From an uncultured bacterium (GTDB lineage: Bacteria; Krumholzibacteriota; Krumholzibacteriia; Krumholzibacteriales; Krumholzibacteriaceae): a stretch of 64,000 nt of DNA. Position numbers and translations under genes: made by a program. The stretch spans positions 4,497 to 68,496 of the forward strand of contig CAYRCK010000004.1 in assembly GCA_964422745.1 (NCBI GenBank), read 5' to 3'. The notes beneath the pieces are model-generated. The model did no database searches. It was not told the origin of the DNA and saw only the letters and a list, made by a program, of their open reading frames with translations. Numbering within the stretch: the first letter of the stretch is position 1; every line of letters begins with the position of its first letter. Of this stretch, positions 48,589-57,662 are shown piece by piece.

Positions 48589-50433
48589 ATGCATGACATC
48601 CTGATCAGAAACAAGGGGACGATCAGCTGCTGCATGATAGCCCGCAATGAAGAGGAGTTTATAGCAAGTGCCATCGGGAGCGTGAAGGATCTTGCAGATG
48701 AGATAATCGTGGTGGACACAGGTTCGGATGATCGTACTGCTTCTGTAGCTAGGGCATGCGGGGCCAAGGTATACCATGCACTGTGGACGGATGATTTCAG
48801 CGCAGCGAGAAATGCTTCTCTTGCCGGAGCGACAAAGGAATGGATACTGATACTTGATGCAGACGAATCCATAGCGAGTGATGATCACGGCAGAATAAGA
48901 GAGTTGATAGCCAGGTATCCCGATTCCGCATTCCTGTTCGAGCAGAGGACATACTCGAACAATTCTTCGATTTTCGGCTGGAAGCGGATAGATGAAGAAA
49001 GCGATGTGAATCATGGCGCTCTCGGGTATTTTTCCAACCGGCAGGTTCGCCTCTTCAGAAACGATGGCGCGATCCGTTACCGCGGTCATGTTCACGAAAA
49101 TGTGGAGCACGATCTTCGGGATAACGGCATAAGTATGTCCAATGTCGATATAGTTGTTCATCATTATGGAAGACTGGAAGCATCGGATAGGGTCAGCAGG
49201 AAATCCATGCTGTATCTGTCGCTCGGCAAGGATAAACTCAGCCACGATCCGGAAAACACAAAGTACATCTATGAAATTGCCAGCCAGTTGCTGGAGATCG
49301 GACACGCGGAAGAGGCTGCAGAGCATATAGAGAAGGTGTTGCAAACCGGTCTCCGATCATGGGAGTTCAACAACCTGCTGGGGCTCGCATATATGAAGCT
49401 TGGAAGGAAGGATGATGCCGTCGTGTGCCTTCGCGCGGCCGTCGATATCGAGAGTAATAATCCCGATTTACACAACAATCTAGGAGTCGCGTTGATGGAA
49501 GACGGAAAAGCCGGCCGGGCGCTCGATTCCTACAGGGAGGGATTGCTGATCGACGGAGACAACGCGAACCTTCTCAGAAATGCGGCATCGGCGTGCTGTT
49601 CACTCGGGATGATATCCGAAGCCGACGACTATATCCGCCAATCCCTTGCGATCGATCCGTTCATGCCCCAATCTCATGCGATCCAGGCGGAAGTGCTGTT
49701 TCGTAAAGGTGATTTCGCCGGGGCGGATTCCGCTTTGAAGAAGATTAGATTTCTGCCCGGCACACTGCTCAAGGTGTATCTGAAATCACTTCATCTCTAC
49801 GTACAGATGGGTATGATCGAGGAATCGGAGATGGTTTTGGAGAACGCGATTCGTGATTACCCGGAAAATGAAGGGTTGCTTTACCTTTCAGGAAAGATAT
49901 TCGAGTTGAAGGGAGATGATGAAAAGGCGATGGCCGCCTTGCACGGCCTGATTGCCTCAGGATCTCCCAACAGCGATGTCTTGAATAGCCTCGGGTGCAT
50001 ATACGAGAGGAGAGGAGAGTTCGGGAAAGCCCTCGAGTACTTCAGTGAATCGCACAGGCTTTCCCCCTCGAATGTTCAGATCTCAGTGAACCTGGGTATA
50101 ATAAAGGGAAAGGCGGGGATGAATGATGAAGCCGAATCGCATCTGAGGCAAGTTATCGCCGAGCACGAGAGTTGCGGTGCTGCTTACAATGCCTTGGGGT
50201 GCATTCTGGCATCCACGGGGCGGTTCGGTGAGGCTATGGAGTTTCTCGTCAAGGCGGTAGAGCTTGAACCCGGTAAATCTGAGTACTACCTGAATGTCGG
50301 CCTGGCCTGCGAAAAGCTCAACCTGTTCTCGAAGGCGATTGAATTCTACGAATGCATGGTCCGGGTCGATCCCAAGATGGCGGCGGCGGCGAAAGAGAGA
50401 CTGGGAAGGCTTCTGGCACCTGCATCGAGTTGA
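48589..50433 (+). CDS. Family 2 glycosyltransferase fused to C-terminal TPR repeats
   Basis: GT2 motifs (ISCCMIARNEEE, VVDTGSDDRT, DADE). More than 8 TPR-like repeats in the C-terminal 400 aa. ORF opens at 48529; ATG 48589 preferred. Confidence 0.8.
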   Translation: MHDILIRNKGTISCCMIARNEEEFIASAIGSVKDLADEIIVVDTGSDDRTASVARACGAKVYHALWTDDFSAARNASLAGATKEWILILDADESIASDDHGRIRELIARYPDSAFLFEQRTYSNNSSIFGWKRIDEESDVNHGALGYFSNRQVRLFRNDGAIRYRGHVHENVEHDLRDNGISMSNVDIVVHHYGRLEASDRVSRKSMLYLSLGKDKLSHDPENTKYIYEIASQLLEIGHAEEAAEHIEKVLQTGLRSWEFNNLLGLAYMKLGRKDDAVVCLRAAVDIESNNPDLHNNLGVALMEDGKAGRALDSYREGLLIDGDNANLLRNAASACCSLGMISEADDYIRQSLAIDPFMPQSHAIQAEVLFRKGDFAGADSALKKIRFLPGTLLKVYLKSLHLYVQMGMIEESEMVLENAIRDYPENEGLLYLSGKIFELKGDDEKAMAALHGLIASGSPNSDVLNSLGCIYERRGEFGKALEYFSESHRLSPSNVQISVNLGIIKGKAGMNDEAESHLRQVIAEHESCGAAYNALGCILASTGRFGEAMEFLVKAVELEPGKSEYYLNVGLACEKLNLFSKAIEFYECMVRVDPKMAAAAKERLGRLLAPASS

Positions 50434-50514
50434 TATCATTCTCCAACACGGCTAAAGTTCCAATACATTTCGGACGAACATCTATGGATGAGACGGTTCA
50501 TGGAGGTTTGATAA

Positions 50515-52005
50515 ATGAGAGACAGAGCAGTTATCCTGGTTGTCGACGACTCCAACAGTATTAGATACCGGATGAATGAAATACTCACCAATAACGGCTA
50601 TGAGGTGATACTAAGGGAAAACGGCGAGGCGGGCGTGCTCGCGGCACTCGAATTTTCTCCGGACCTCATAATAATGGATATCAATATGCCCAAGATGAAC
50701 GGATATCAGGCTTGCAGGATGCTGAAGTCATATCCTCAGACAAAGATCATCCCAGTGGCCGTTTTCACGACCGAGAATGAAACCAGTGAGAAGGTGAAGC
50801 TCTTCGATATCGGCGTGGAAGATTTTATCATCAAGGATGCGGATGAAGAGGAAGTGATAGCCAGGGTCAGCGGCCTTCTCCGCTGGAAAAATAACAGGGA
50901 CAAGATAATCAGGGACAAGAACAAACTCGGAAGCCTTCTGGATAGCCTAAGTGATTCGGTTATCATCGCCGACAACTCCGGCAGGCTTGTCTACTTCAAT
51001 CGCTCGGCCGCGCAGAGGTTCGGGCTTATCCCCGAGCTGATAAAGGATAAATTAGTGCGGGAACTGCTGCCCGCGAACGATAGGGTCGTTGAAATGTTCT
51101 CGCGGATAGAGAATCGCCATGAATTGGATGATTACGAATTAACGATCGAGATCGATGGAGAAGAAAAGATATTCAACGCGGGCACGAGCAGGGTTTTCGT
51201 CGATACCAGCGAAGATGTCGGTAGTGCTGTTATCCTGAAGGATATAACCGCGGAGAGGGTGGCGGAAAAGCTAAAATCTGAATTCTATTCCATGATCGCT
51301 CACGAGCTCAGAACGCCGATAAGTGTTGTTCTGGGTTACTCACGGTTGATACTGGAGGGGAAAGCGGGTGAGGTGACCGAGCTTCAGAGGGATTTCCTGA
51401 AGGCGGTCGAGGAGCGGGGAAAGATCCTGATGAAGCTCGTGAATGATTTTCTCGAGGTATCGAGGCTCGAGAACAATTTTGTCAATTTGAAAATAGATGA
51501 GTTCGATATATCGGAGCTCGTCGTTAGCGTGGTGGACGGGTTGAAACTTCTCGCCGATAACAAAAACATAAAGCTCACTTTCGATGGCGGCGGCAAGCCT
51601 CTGAGCATAGACGGTGACAGGGACAAGATGGAGCATGTCTTAGTCAACCTGATCGAGAACGGGATCAAGTATACCGAGGAGGGAGGCAGGGTGGCGGTAT
51701 CGTGCATGCATGATGATGATGGGATTCGAGTGGAGGTCTCGGATACCGGAATAGGGATGGACGAGGATGAGCAAAAATTCATATTCGACAGATTCAAAAG
51801 ACTTTCAAAGGCGGAGAAGAAGAAGATCAAGGGAACGGGTCTGGGATTGGCGATAGTGAAGGATATCGTCGATGCCCACGGGGGCAGAATACACGTGGAA
51901 AGCAAAGAAGGCGAGGGAAGCACATTCCGTGTGTGGTTGCCCGGGAGATTGGAATCGCCGGAGGATCAGGCCATCGGCACCGGGAAGGAGAAAACCTTGG
52001 TTTGA
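50515..52005 (+). CDS. Hybrid sensor histidine kinase (REC-PAS-HisKA-HATPase_c), cytoplasmic
   Basis: N-terminal receiver with DD...D...K (VVDDSNS, IIMDINMPKMNG), PAS-like middle, H-box MIAHELRTPIS, N/G1/G2 boxes (GTGLGLAIVKDIV). Confidence 0.85.
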   Translation: MRDRAVILVVDDSNSIRYRMNEILTNNGYEVILRENGEAGVLAALEFSPDLIIMDINMPKMNGYQACRMLKSYPQTKIIPVAVFTTENETSEKVKLFDIGVEDFIIKDADEEEVIARVSGLLRWKNNRDKIIRDKNKLGSLLDSLSDSVIIADNSGRLVYFNRSAAQRFGLIPELIKDKLVRELLPANDRVVEMFSRIENRHELDDYELTIEIDGEEKIFNAGTSRVFVDTSEDVGSAVILKDITAERVAEKLKSEFYSMIAHELRTPISVVLGYSRLILEGKAGEVTELQRDFLKAVEERGKILMKLVNDFLEVSRLENNFVNLKIDEFDISELVVSVVDGLKLLADNKNIKLTFDGGGKPLSIDGDRDKMEHVLVNLIENGIKYTEEGGRVAVSCMHDDDGIRVEVSDTGIGMDEDEQKFIFDRFKRLSKAEKKKIKGTGLGLAIVKDIVDAHGGRIHVESKEGEGSTFRVWLPGRLESPEDQAIGTGKEKTLV

Positions 52006-52186
52006 GGTTTTTATATTAAAGAATTAGAGGTGAAGAAATTTTCCTCCCAGCACTGAAAATAATTCCTTTAAGGTTGATGCATACCCAGTCCTGCTAGCCG
52101 GTTCGGTACAGGAACCAATCCATTAAGTACCCAATAATCAATTGCTTAACCATCCTAGAATAGCTTCCCTGGGACTAATGTCCCAC

Positions 52187-52201
52187 GGGCACGTCTCTTG
52201 C
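52187..52201 (+). promoter_or_regulatory. Putative sigma-54 (RpoN) promoter upstream of flgF
   Basis: GGCAC-N5-TTGC (gGGCACgtctcTTGCc) with exact -24 GG / -12 GC spacing, about 33 nt upstream of the flgF ATG; preceded by a GGGAC-taat-GTCCC inverted repeat. Confidence 0.45.
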
Positions 52202-52233
52202 CGTCCGGAAACCCGTCAGAGGGAGGTATCGGC

Positions 52234-52947
52234 ATGATAAAGGGTATATCGATGGCCGCCAGGGCGATGAAGAACCAGGTGGTTCGCAACGATGTCATCG
52301 CCAATAACCTGGCGAATGTGAATACGGTGGCGTTCAAAAAGGATGTCCCCGCATTTCAACTGGAGGAATCCGGCGGCGGCATCGAAACTCGAGTGCTGGT
52401 TGCCGTCTCTCACGCCCAGGGTCCCCTTACGCGTACCGACCGTCCGCTCGATGTCGCCATAGAAGGTGATGGGTACTTCGTCGTCGAAACGGATGAGGGC
52501 GAGGCGTATACGAGGCGTGGTTCTTTTATCAGGGATGAGGATGGATACGTAATCACCTCCGAAGGGCACAGGGTCGTTTCCTCCGGCGGCGCCCTTCAGA
52601 TCGGGACTGGAGATATAAGCATCTCGAGAGAGGGAATCATTGAGGTTGATGGAGATGAGATCGGTAGATTGAGGATCGTACGTTTCGAGGATAAGACCGG
52701 GCTAATCAAAACGGGATCCTCGTTGTTCACGCCGGCGGGCGGAGAGGTTCCCGAGGATCTCACGGAGGAAGAGGTTTCGGTTCTTTCCGGGTTCATCGAA
52801 GAGAGCAACGTTGAAGTCGTGAGCGAAATGACGAAGATGATCAAGGCCCTCAAGGCCTACGAGATAGCCCAAAAAGCTCTGAAAGCCCAGGATGAGGTGC
52901 TCCAGCTTACCGTAGGGAAAGTGGGGAGCACTTCGGGCTCTTCGTAG
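52234..52947 (+). CDS. flgF: Flagellar basal-body rod protein FlgF
   Basis: RBS GAGGGAGG before ATG 52234. Flg_bb_rod N-terminal motif (ANNLANVNTVAFKKD) and Flg_bbr_C. Precedes flgG. Confidence 0.8.
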   Translation: MIKGISMAARAMKNQVVRNDVIANNLANVNTVAFKKDVPAFQLEESGGGIETRVLVAVSHAQGPLTRTDRPLDVAIEGDGYFVVETDEGEAYTRRGSFIRDEDGYVITSEGHRVVSSGGALQIGTGDISISREGIIEVDGDEIGRLRIVRFEDKTGLIKTGSSLFTPAGGEVPEDLTEEEVSVLSGFIEESNVEVVSEMTKMIKALKAYEIAQKALKAQDEVLQLTVGKVGSTSGSS

Positions 52948-53018
52948 ATGGAGCTCTTTGCATATGAAGAGCCGCAGGGAGAAGTTTGAATGGAAATATC
53001 AACTAGGAGTGGATTGTC

Positions 53019-53807
53019 ATGATTAGAGCTCTTTCGACGGCATCGTCGGGTATGCAGTGCCAGCAGATATTTATCGACAATATCTCGAACAACCTGGCCA
53101 ACGTGAATACGCCGGGCTTCAAGAAAACAAGGGTGGAGTTCCAAGACCTATTGTATGAATCAGTCAGGCCGGTAGGGGCGTCGCGTCTTACAGGAAGCGG
53201 CGAACCAAACTTCAACCAGGTCGGTCATGGAGTGAGGCTTTCCGCAACAACCAGGATTTTCAGCCAGGGATCATCTCAGTCCACGGATAATCCTCTCGAT
53301 ATGATGATCGACGGAGATGGGTTCTTCCAGATCCTTCTTCCGGACGGTACGTACGCATACAGCCGTGACGGCACTTTCAAGATCGATTCCGATGGGAATA
53401 TGGTGACATCTGCCGGGTTCAGGATGGAGCCGGCTATGACCCTTCCGAATGAGGCGGAGGAACTGCTCATCGCCGGGGACGGGTCTGTTTCCGTCTTGAT
53501 GCAGGCGCAGGACGAGCCAACCGAGCTCGGCCGGCTGGAACTTGTCAGGTTTCAGAATCCGAATGGACTCAAAAGCATAGGACATAACCTCTACAAACCG
53601 ACCGCGACCAGCGGGCCGCCGCTGATATCCAGTCCGGGGGAGGAGGGGATAGGTACGGTGCAGATGGGTTACCTTGAGATGAGTAACGTAAGCGTGATAG
53701 AGGAAATGATCGGGATGATCACGGCGCAGAGAGCGTACGAGATCAATTCCAAGGCGGTCAAGACCGCCGAGGAGATGCTCGATGTGGCGGCGAACCTCAA
53801 GAGGTAG
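53019..53807 (+). CDS. flgG: Flagellar basal-body rod protein FlgG (distal rod)
   Basis: MIRALSTASSGM...SNNLANVNTPGFKK rod motif. C-terminal YLEMSNVSVIEEMIGMITAQRAYEINSK. 262 aa. Confidence 0.9.
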   Translation: MIRALSTASSGMQCQQIFIDNISNNLANVNTPGFKKTRVEFQDLLYESVRPVGASRLTGSGEPNFNQVGHGVRLSATTRIFSQGSSQSTDNPLDMMIDGDGFFQILLPDGTYAYSRDGTFKIDSDGNMVTSAGFRMEPAMTLPNEAEELLIAGDGSVSVLMQAQDEPTELGRLELVRFQNPNGLKSIGHNLYKPTATSGPPLISSPGEEGIGTVQMGYLEMSNVSVIEEMIGMITAQRAYEINSKAVKTAEEMLDVAANLKR

Positions 53808-53813
53808 GTAACG

Positions 53814-54782
53814 GTGACGACAGGTATGGGCAAGAAGCTGCTGATAACGGTTCAACTGGGCCTTATTCTATCGGGATCCGGTTTCAATGCGGCGAGATGT
53901 GAAGGCGCCCTTACGCTTAATTCTCGTGTCGACATAGAAAAGGAGAAGATATTTCTGTCCGACATAGTAAGGGAGCCGTTGGGTGTGATGGCTGACCGGT
54001 TCATCGCAAACAGCCCTCGATGGGGCTCGGAGAAGGTGCTGACCGGCAATTTCGTTCGTGACCTCATCAACGGCTGTGATGTTTCACTGGGAGGGGCCTC
54101 ACGTATCGTTGTATCGCGGAAGATGCATGATAGAACCGCTGAAGTTCGCAGAGAGTTCGAGAGCGCTCTGAAGGCCGGATACAGGGAAACAGAATGGGGT
54201 ATGCGCGGTTATCCACTTGTGATAGATATTCGTAAGTTCCCGGATTCAATCAAACTGCCGCCCGGTGATTTTACCGTTAAGTGTGATTTTCCGAAAAATA
54301 TCTACAGATACCGGCCGGTTTCTTTCACCGTTCTGACCGATGTAGGCTATAAGAGGCGATATTCCGCCGGATGCAGGCTCAGAGTGAGAGCGGTGTGCGC
54401 CTTTACCACCCGTGACATGACAAAGGGTGAAACGGTTGGTATGGAGGATATCGTTTGGCGCCGTGTCGATATGTCCGATCTGTACGATAAGCCCGTCACC
54501 AAGGAAATTGATATCATCGGCCTGAGACTCAAGCGCTTCATGAGGAAAGGGATGGTCATAGAGCTGAAATCCGTGGAGAGGTCTCCTGAAGTAAGGAGGG
54601 GGGAAGAGGTCTTCGTTGAAATCATAAGGGGATGCCTGGTCGTGCAGGCAACCGGAAAATCGCTGGAGGACGGTTGGATCGGAGACCTGGTGCTCGTGCG
54701 CAATATGGCGAGCGGTAAAATCGAGAGGTACACGGTCATCGATAAGGGAAGGGTGTCGCCTTCATCGAGGGAGGGGAAATGA
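53814..54782 (+). CDS. flgA: Flagellar basal-body P-ring formation protein FlgA
   Basis: Signal peptide. C-terminal SAF/FlgA domain (GDLVLVRNMASGKIERYTVIDKGRV). Located between flgG and flgH. Confidence 0.7.
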   Translation: MTTGMGKKLLITVQLGLILSGSGFNAARCEGALTLNSRVDIEKEKIFLSDIVREPLGVMADRFIANSPRWGSEKVLTGNFVRDLINGCDVSLGGASRIVVSRKMHDRTAEVRREFESALKAGYRETEWGMRGYPLVIDIRKFPDSIKLPPGDFTVKCDFPKNIYRYRPVSFTVLTDVGYKRRYSAGCRLRVRAVCAFTTRDMTKGETVGMEDIVWRRVDMSDLYDKPVTKEIDIIGLRLKRFMRKGMVIELKSVERSPEVRRGEEVFVEIIRGCLVVQATGKSLEDGWIGDLVLVRNMASGKIERYTVIDKGRVSPSSREGK

Positions 54783-55354
54783 GAACCATCAAAGTTGCAC
54801 TAATTGTCATTGCTGTATTGTTCCCGGCGATTGTAACCGCACAGAGCCCACTCTGGGATGAAGGCTCGGGTTCTCTGTATTCAAACTTGAAGGCATATAG
54901 GGTGGGGGATGTAGTTACAGTCATCATACAGGAACAGTCGATAGCATCGAGTAAAGCCAAAACCGATACCAAGGTTAAAAACGAAGCTGGGGGAGGACCG
55001 GGTGTCGGAACTCTGGACTTTGTCTCCCTCTGGGGGCTTGACAGTGAGAACAATTACAAGGGGGATGCCAAGACGGAGAGGAGCGGACAGCTCCAGGCGA
55101 AGATATCGGTGCAGATAATAGAGATTCTCGACAACGGAGATTTCCGCGTAGAGGGGCAGCGTGAGGTCAATATCAACGGTGAGAGGGAAAGGATCAAGCT
55201 CAGTGGAATAATCCGTCCCCGTGATATCACACCGGACAATACGATTCTTTCTACTTATGTTGCGGACGCCATGATCATGTACGATGGAAAAGGGATCATA
55301 GATGCAGGACATGAACCCGGCATCATGACAAAGATATTGAACTGGATTCTCTAG
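54779..55354 (+). CDS. flgH: Flagellar L-ring protein FlgH
   Basis: FlgH family motif LYSNLKAYRVGDVVTVIIQE..., 191 aa, signal peptide. Confidence 0.85.
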   Translation: MRTIKVALIVIAVLFPAIVTAQSPLWDEGSGSLYSNLKAYRVGDVVTVIIQEQSIASSKAKTDTKVKNEAGGGPGVGTLDFVSLWGLDSENNYKGDAKTERSGQLQAKISVQIIEILDNGDFRVEGQREVNINGERERIKLSGIIRPRDITPDNTILSTYVADAMIMYDGKGIIDAGHEPGIMTKILNWIL

Positions 55355-55466
55355 TGCAGCGAAGGATTGCCGCCTGAACCGGCAATAGGATCCGCACAGG
55401 GTGGCTTGGATGCTCATTGCAAGAGCATAGAGGCAAATTCGTCATATACGGGAGGAGCTGGACACT

Positions 55467-56597
55467 GTGAAACATTCATTTGAAAGACGATCGATTCTTG
55501 CTGTCTGTGCGGCCATTTCTCTGATTGCATCTCTCGGTGCGGCGGCCCCGCTGCATTGTAAGGTGAGGATCAAGGACGTGACGAGCGTGGCCGGAATGGA
55601 CGGCAAACAGCTTATCGGTTATGGATTGATAGTTGGTCTGAACGGTACGGGAGATGGCAGCAAGAGTGTTTTCACAGTCAACTCCATTGTGAGTATGCTG
55701 GAGAAGTTGGGCATTACGGTATCTCCTTCGGAAATAAAGGTAAAGAATGTCGCCGCGGTGGTTGCTACTGCCGAGATTCCCCCATTTACGCCTCTGGGCA
55801 CCAGGGTCGACGTTACAGTCTCCTCATTGGGAGATGCGTCTAGTCTGGAGGGGGGGCAGCTGCTGCTTACACCTCTGCGTGGAGCGGACGGTATAACACA
55901 CGCTATAGCGCAGGGTGCGGTTTCTATCGGGGGCTTCAACATAAGCGCGGGTGCGGGGAATGTCGTGCGCAAAAATCATGCTACGGTGGGTCACATCCCG
56001 GAAGGCGCGTTGATAAAGGAAGGATTGGGAGGACAGCTGGCGAGCGGGAATAAATTCGTTCTCGTTCTGGACGATCCCGACTTTCAGTCGGCGACCAACA
56101 TAACAAACAGTATCAACAAGAGATACAGGATGAAACTCGCGTCTTCGATGAACTCCAGAATGATAGAGGTCAGGGTTCATCCGACGTTCGAGAAGAATCC
56201 GGTTTCCTTTATCGCCGAGGTCGGCGGGATGGAAGTTCTGCTGGACAAGGCCGCCAGGGTTGTGATCAACGAGAGAACCGGCACGGTGGTAGTTGGTGGA
56301 AATGTCTCGATAGACAAGGTGGCGATAGCCCATGGGAATATCAAGGTTGAGATAAGGGCGAGCTACGGGGTCAGCCAGCCATGGGCGTTTTCGGAAGGTC
56401 AATCGCTAGTTGTACCGGAAATCGAAACCAAGGTGGAAGACAAGGTGGCACGTCTTTTTGCGATAAGGGAATCGAATACGGTAAGCGATATAGCTTCGGC
56501 CCTCAATGAACTCGGGATCACACCCAGGGATATGATTGCGATCTTTCAGGCCCTTAAACGGGCGGGTGCGCTCAAAGCGGACCTGGTCATCATGTAG
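55467..56597 (+). CDS. flgI: Flagellar P-ring protein FlgI
   Basis: GTG start after GGGAGGAG. RIKDVTSVAGMDGKQLIGYGLIVGLNGTGD FlgI signature. 376 aa. Confidence 0.9.
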   Translation: MKHSFERRSILAVCAAISLIASLGAAAPLHCKVRIKDVTSVAGMDGKQLIGYGLIVGLNGTGDGSKSVFTVNSIVSMLEKLGITVSPSEIKVKNVAAVVATAEIPPFTPLGTRVDVTVSSLGDASSLEGGQLLLTPLRGADGITHAIAQGAVSIGGFNISAGAGNVVRKNHATVGHIPEGALIKEGLGGQLASGNKFVLVLDDPDFQSATNITNSINKRYRMKLASSMNSRMIEVRVHPTFEKNPVSFIAEVGGMEVLLDKAARVVINERTGTVVVGGNVSIDKVAIAHGNIKVEIRASYGVSQPWAFSEGQSLVVPEIETKVEDKVARLFAIRESNTVSDIASALNELGITPRDMIAIFQALKRAGALKADLVIM

Positions 56598-56605
56598 GTG
56601 ACGGT

Positions 56606-57088
56606 ATGGACACTCTAGAGGGAATAACACGGCTGAACGGCGCCGGGAAACAAAAATCCATCGGGGATGAGTCCGGTAAACTGGAAGAGGTATCTAGGGA
56701 TTTCGAAGGGATATTGATCGGTCAGTTCTTCCGTCTAATGAGCTCCACCATAGGGGAGGGTGGCATCATAGAGAAATCTTTCCAGAGAAGCATCTACGAG
56801 GATATGCTGCAGAATGAGTTCGCGAGGGTATTTTCACGCAGGGGTGGATTCAGGCTCCACGAGATCCTGGTTAAGAGGCTCGGTGCAAGATCGAATAATG
56901 ATCTCAGGCCGACGGAAGCATGTGATGTTAACGGTGAGGCCGCGGATGATGGCCTGAAGCTCAAGCGTCTAAACAGGAGATTCATGAAAATAGAAGATGT
57001 GTACCGTGAATCGGGCATTGCCGGTCCGGATGAAGGCGCCGCGAATTCACATCGGTTGGATGATCCCGAAAGGAAAAGAGGGGTGTAA
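56606..57088 (+). CDS. flgJ: Flagellar rod-binding protein (FlgJ N-terminal Rod_binding domain only; no muramidase domain)
   Basis: FEGILIGQFFRLM...YEDMLQNEFARVFSRRGGFRLHEILVKRL matches the rod-binding domain. 160 aa. Confidence 0.7.
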   Translation: MDTLEGITRLNGAGKQKSIGDESGKLEEVSRDFEGILIGQFFRLMSSTIGEGGIIEKSFQRSIYEDMLQNEFARVFSRRGGFRLHEILVKRLGARSNNDLRPTEACDVNGEAADDGLKLKRLNRRFMKIEDVYRESGIAGPDEGAANSHRLDDPERKRGV

Positions 57089-57090
57089 AG

Positions 57091-57639
57091 ATGTTGTCCC
57101 GAAAGAAGGAAGTATTCGATGCCGACGGGAGTGACGGTATGAAGGGCAAGATATCGTCGCTATGCAGGCTGATGCGTGAAGAGACGGGCCAGTGCAGGGA
57201 GCTTCTCAAGCTTGCCAAATCCGAACAGGACCTGTTGATGGGAAATGATATCGATGGGCTTTCCAGGAATACGGAGCTAATGAACGAGAATATAAGGACC
57301 CTAAAGAGCTGCCAGATAAGCAGGCGGAGGCTCATAAGGGAAATAGGTGGAGATCTGGGGATCGAACCTCAGGCCATTTCGATAGGCACTATAGGGAAGG
57401 AAGTCGATACGGATCTCCTCGAGGAGCTGGAAAAAACGAGTAAAGATCTTGTGGAAACAGGCGAAAAATTATACAGGGTGAACCATAATACTATCTATTT
57501 AATAGGTTTTTCGCTTGATTTGCTCGAGCAGCAAAGCCGGTTGTGGACTGAGATAGCAACCGAGGAAGAAGGTTACTGCGAAGAGGGGAAAAGGGTCAAG
57601 GGATCGGCCAGCCCGCTATTTATCGAAAAGAAAGCATAA
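57091..57639 (+). CDS. flgN: Flagellar export chaperone FlgN-like protein
   Basis: Helical Q/L/E-rich 182-aa protein immediately upstream of flgK-flgL (same order as B. subtilis yvyG/flgN-flgK-flgL). Confidence 0.5.
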   Translation: MLSRKKEVFDADGSDGMKGKISSLCRLMREETGQCRELLKLAKSEQDLLMGNDIDGLSRNTELMNENIRTLKSCQISRRRLIREIGGDLGIEPQAISIGTIGKEVDTDLLEELEKTSKDLVETGEKLYRVNHNTIYLIGFSLDLLEQQSRLWTEIATEEEGYCEEGKRVKGSASPLFIEKKA

Positions 57640-57662
57640 TCCATCCTGAAAGGATATGACGA

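Noticed and set aside
48445-49344. 299-aa minus-strand ORF
   Set aside because: Antisense to the GT2 catalytic domain, which has clear GT2 motifs on the + strand.
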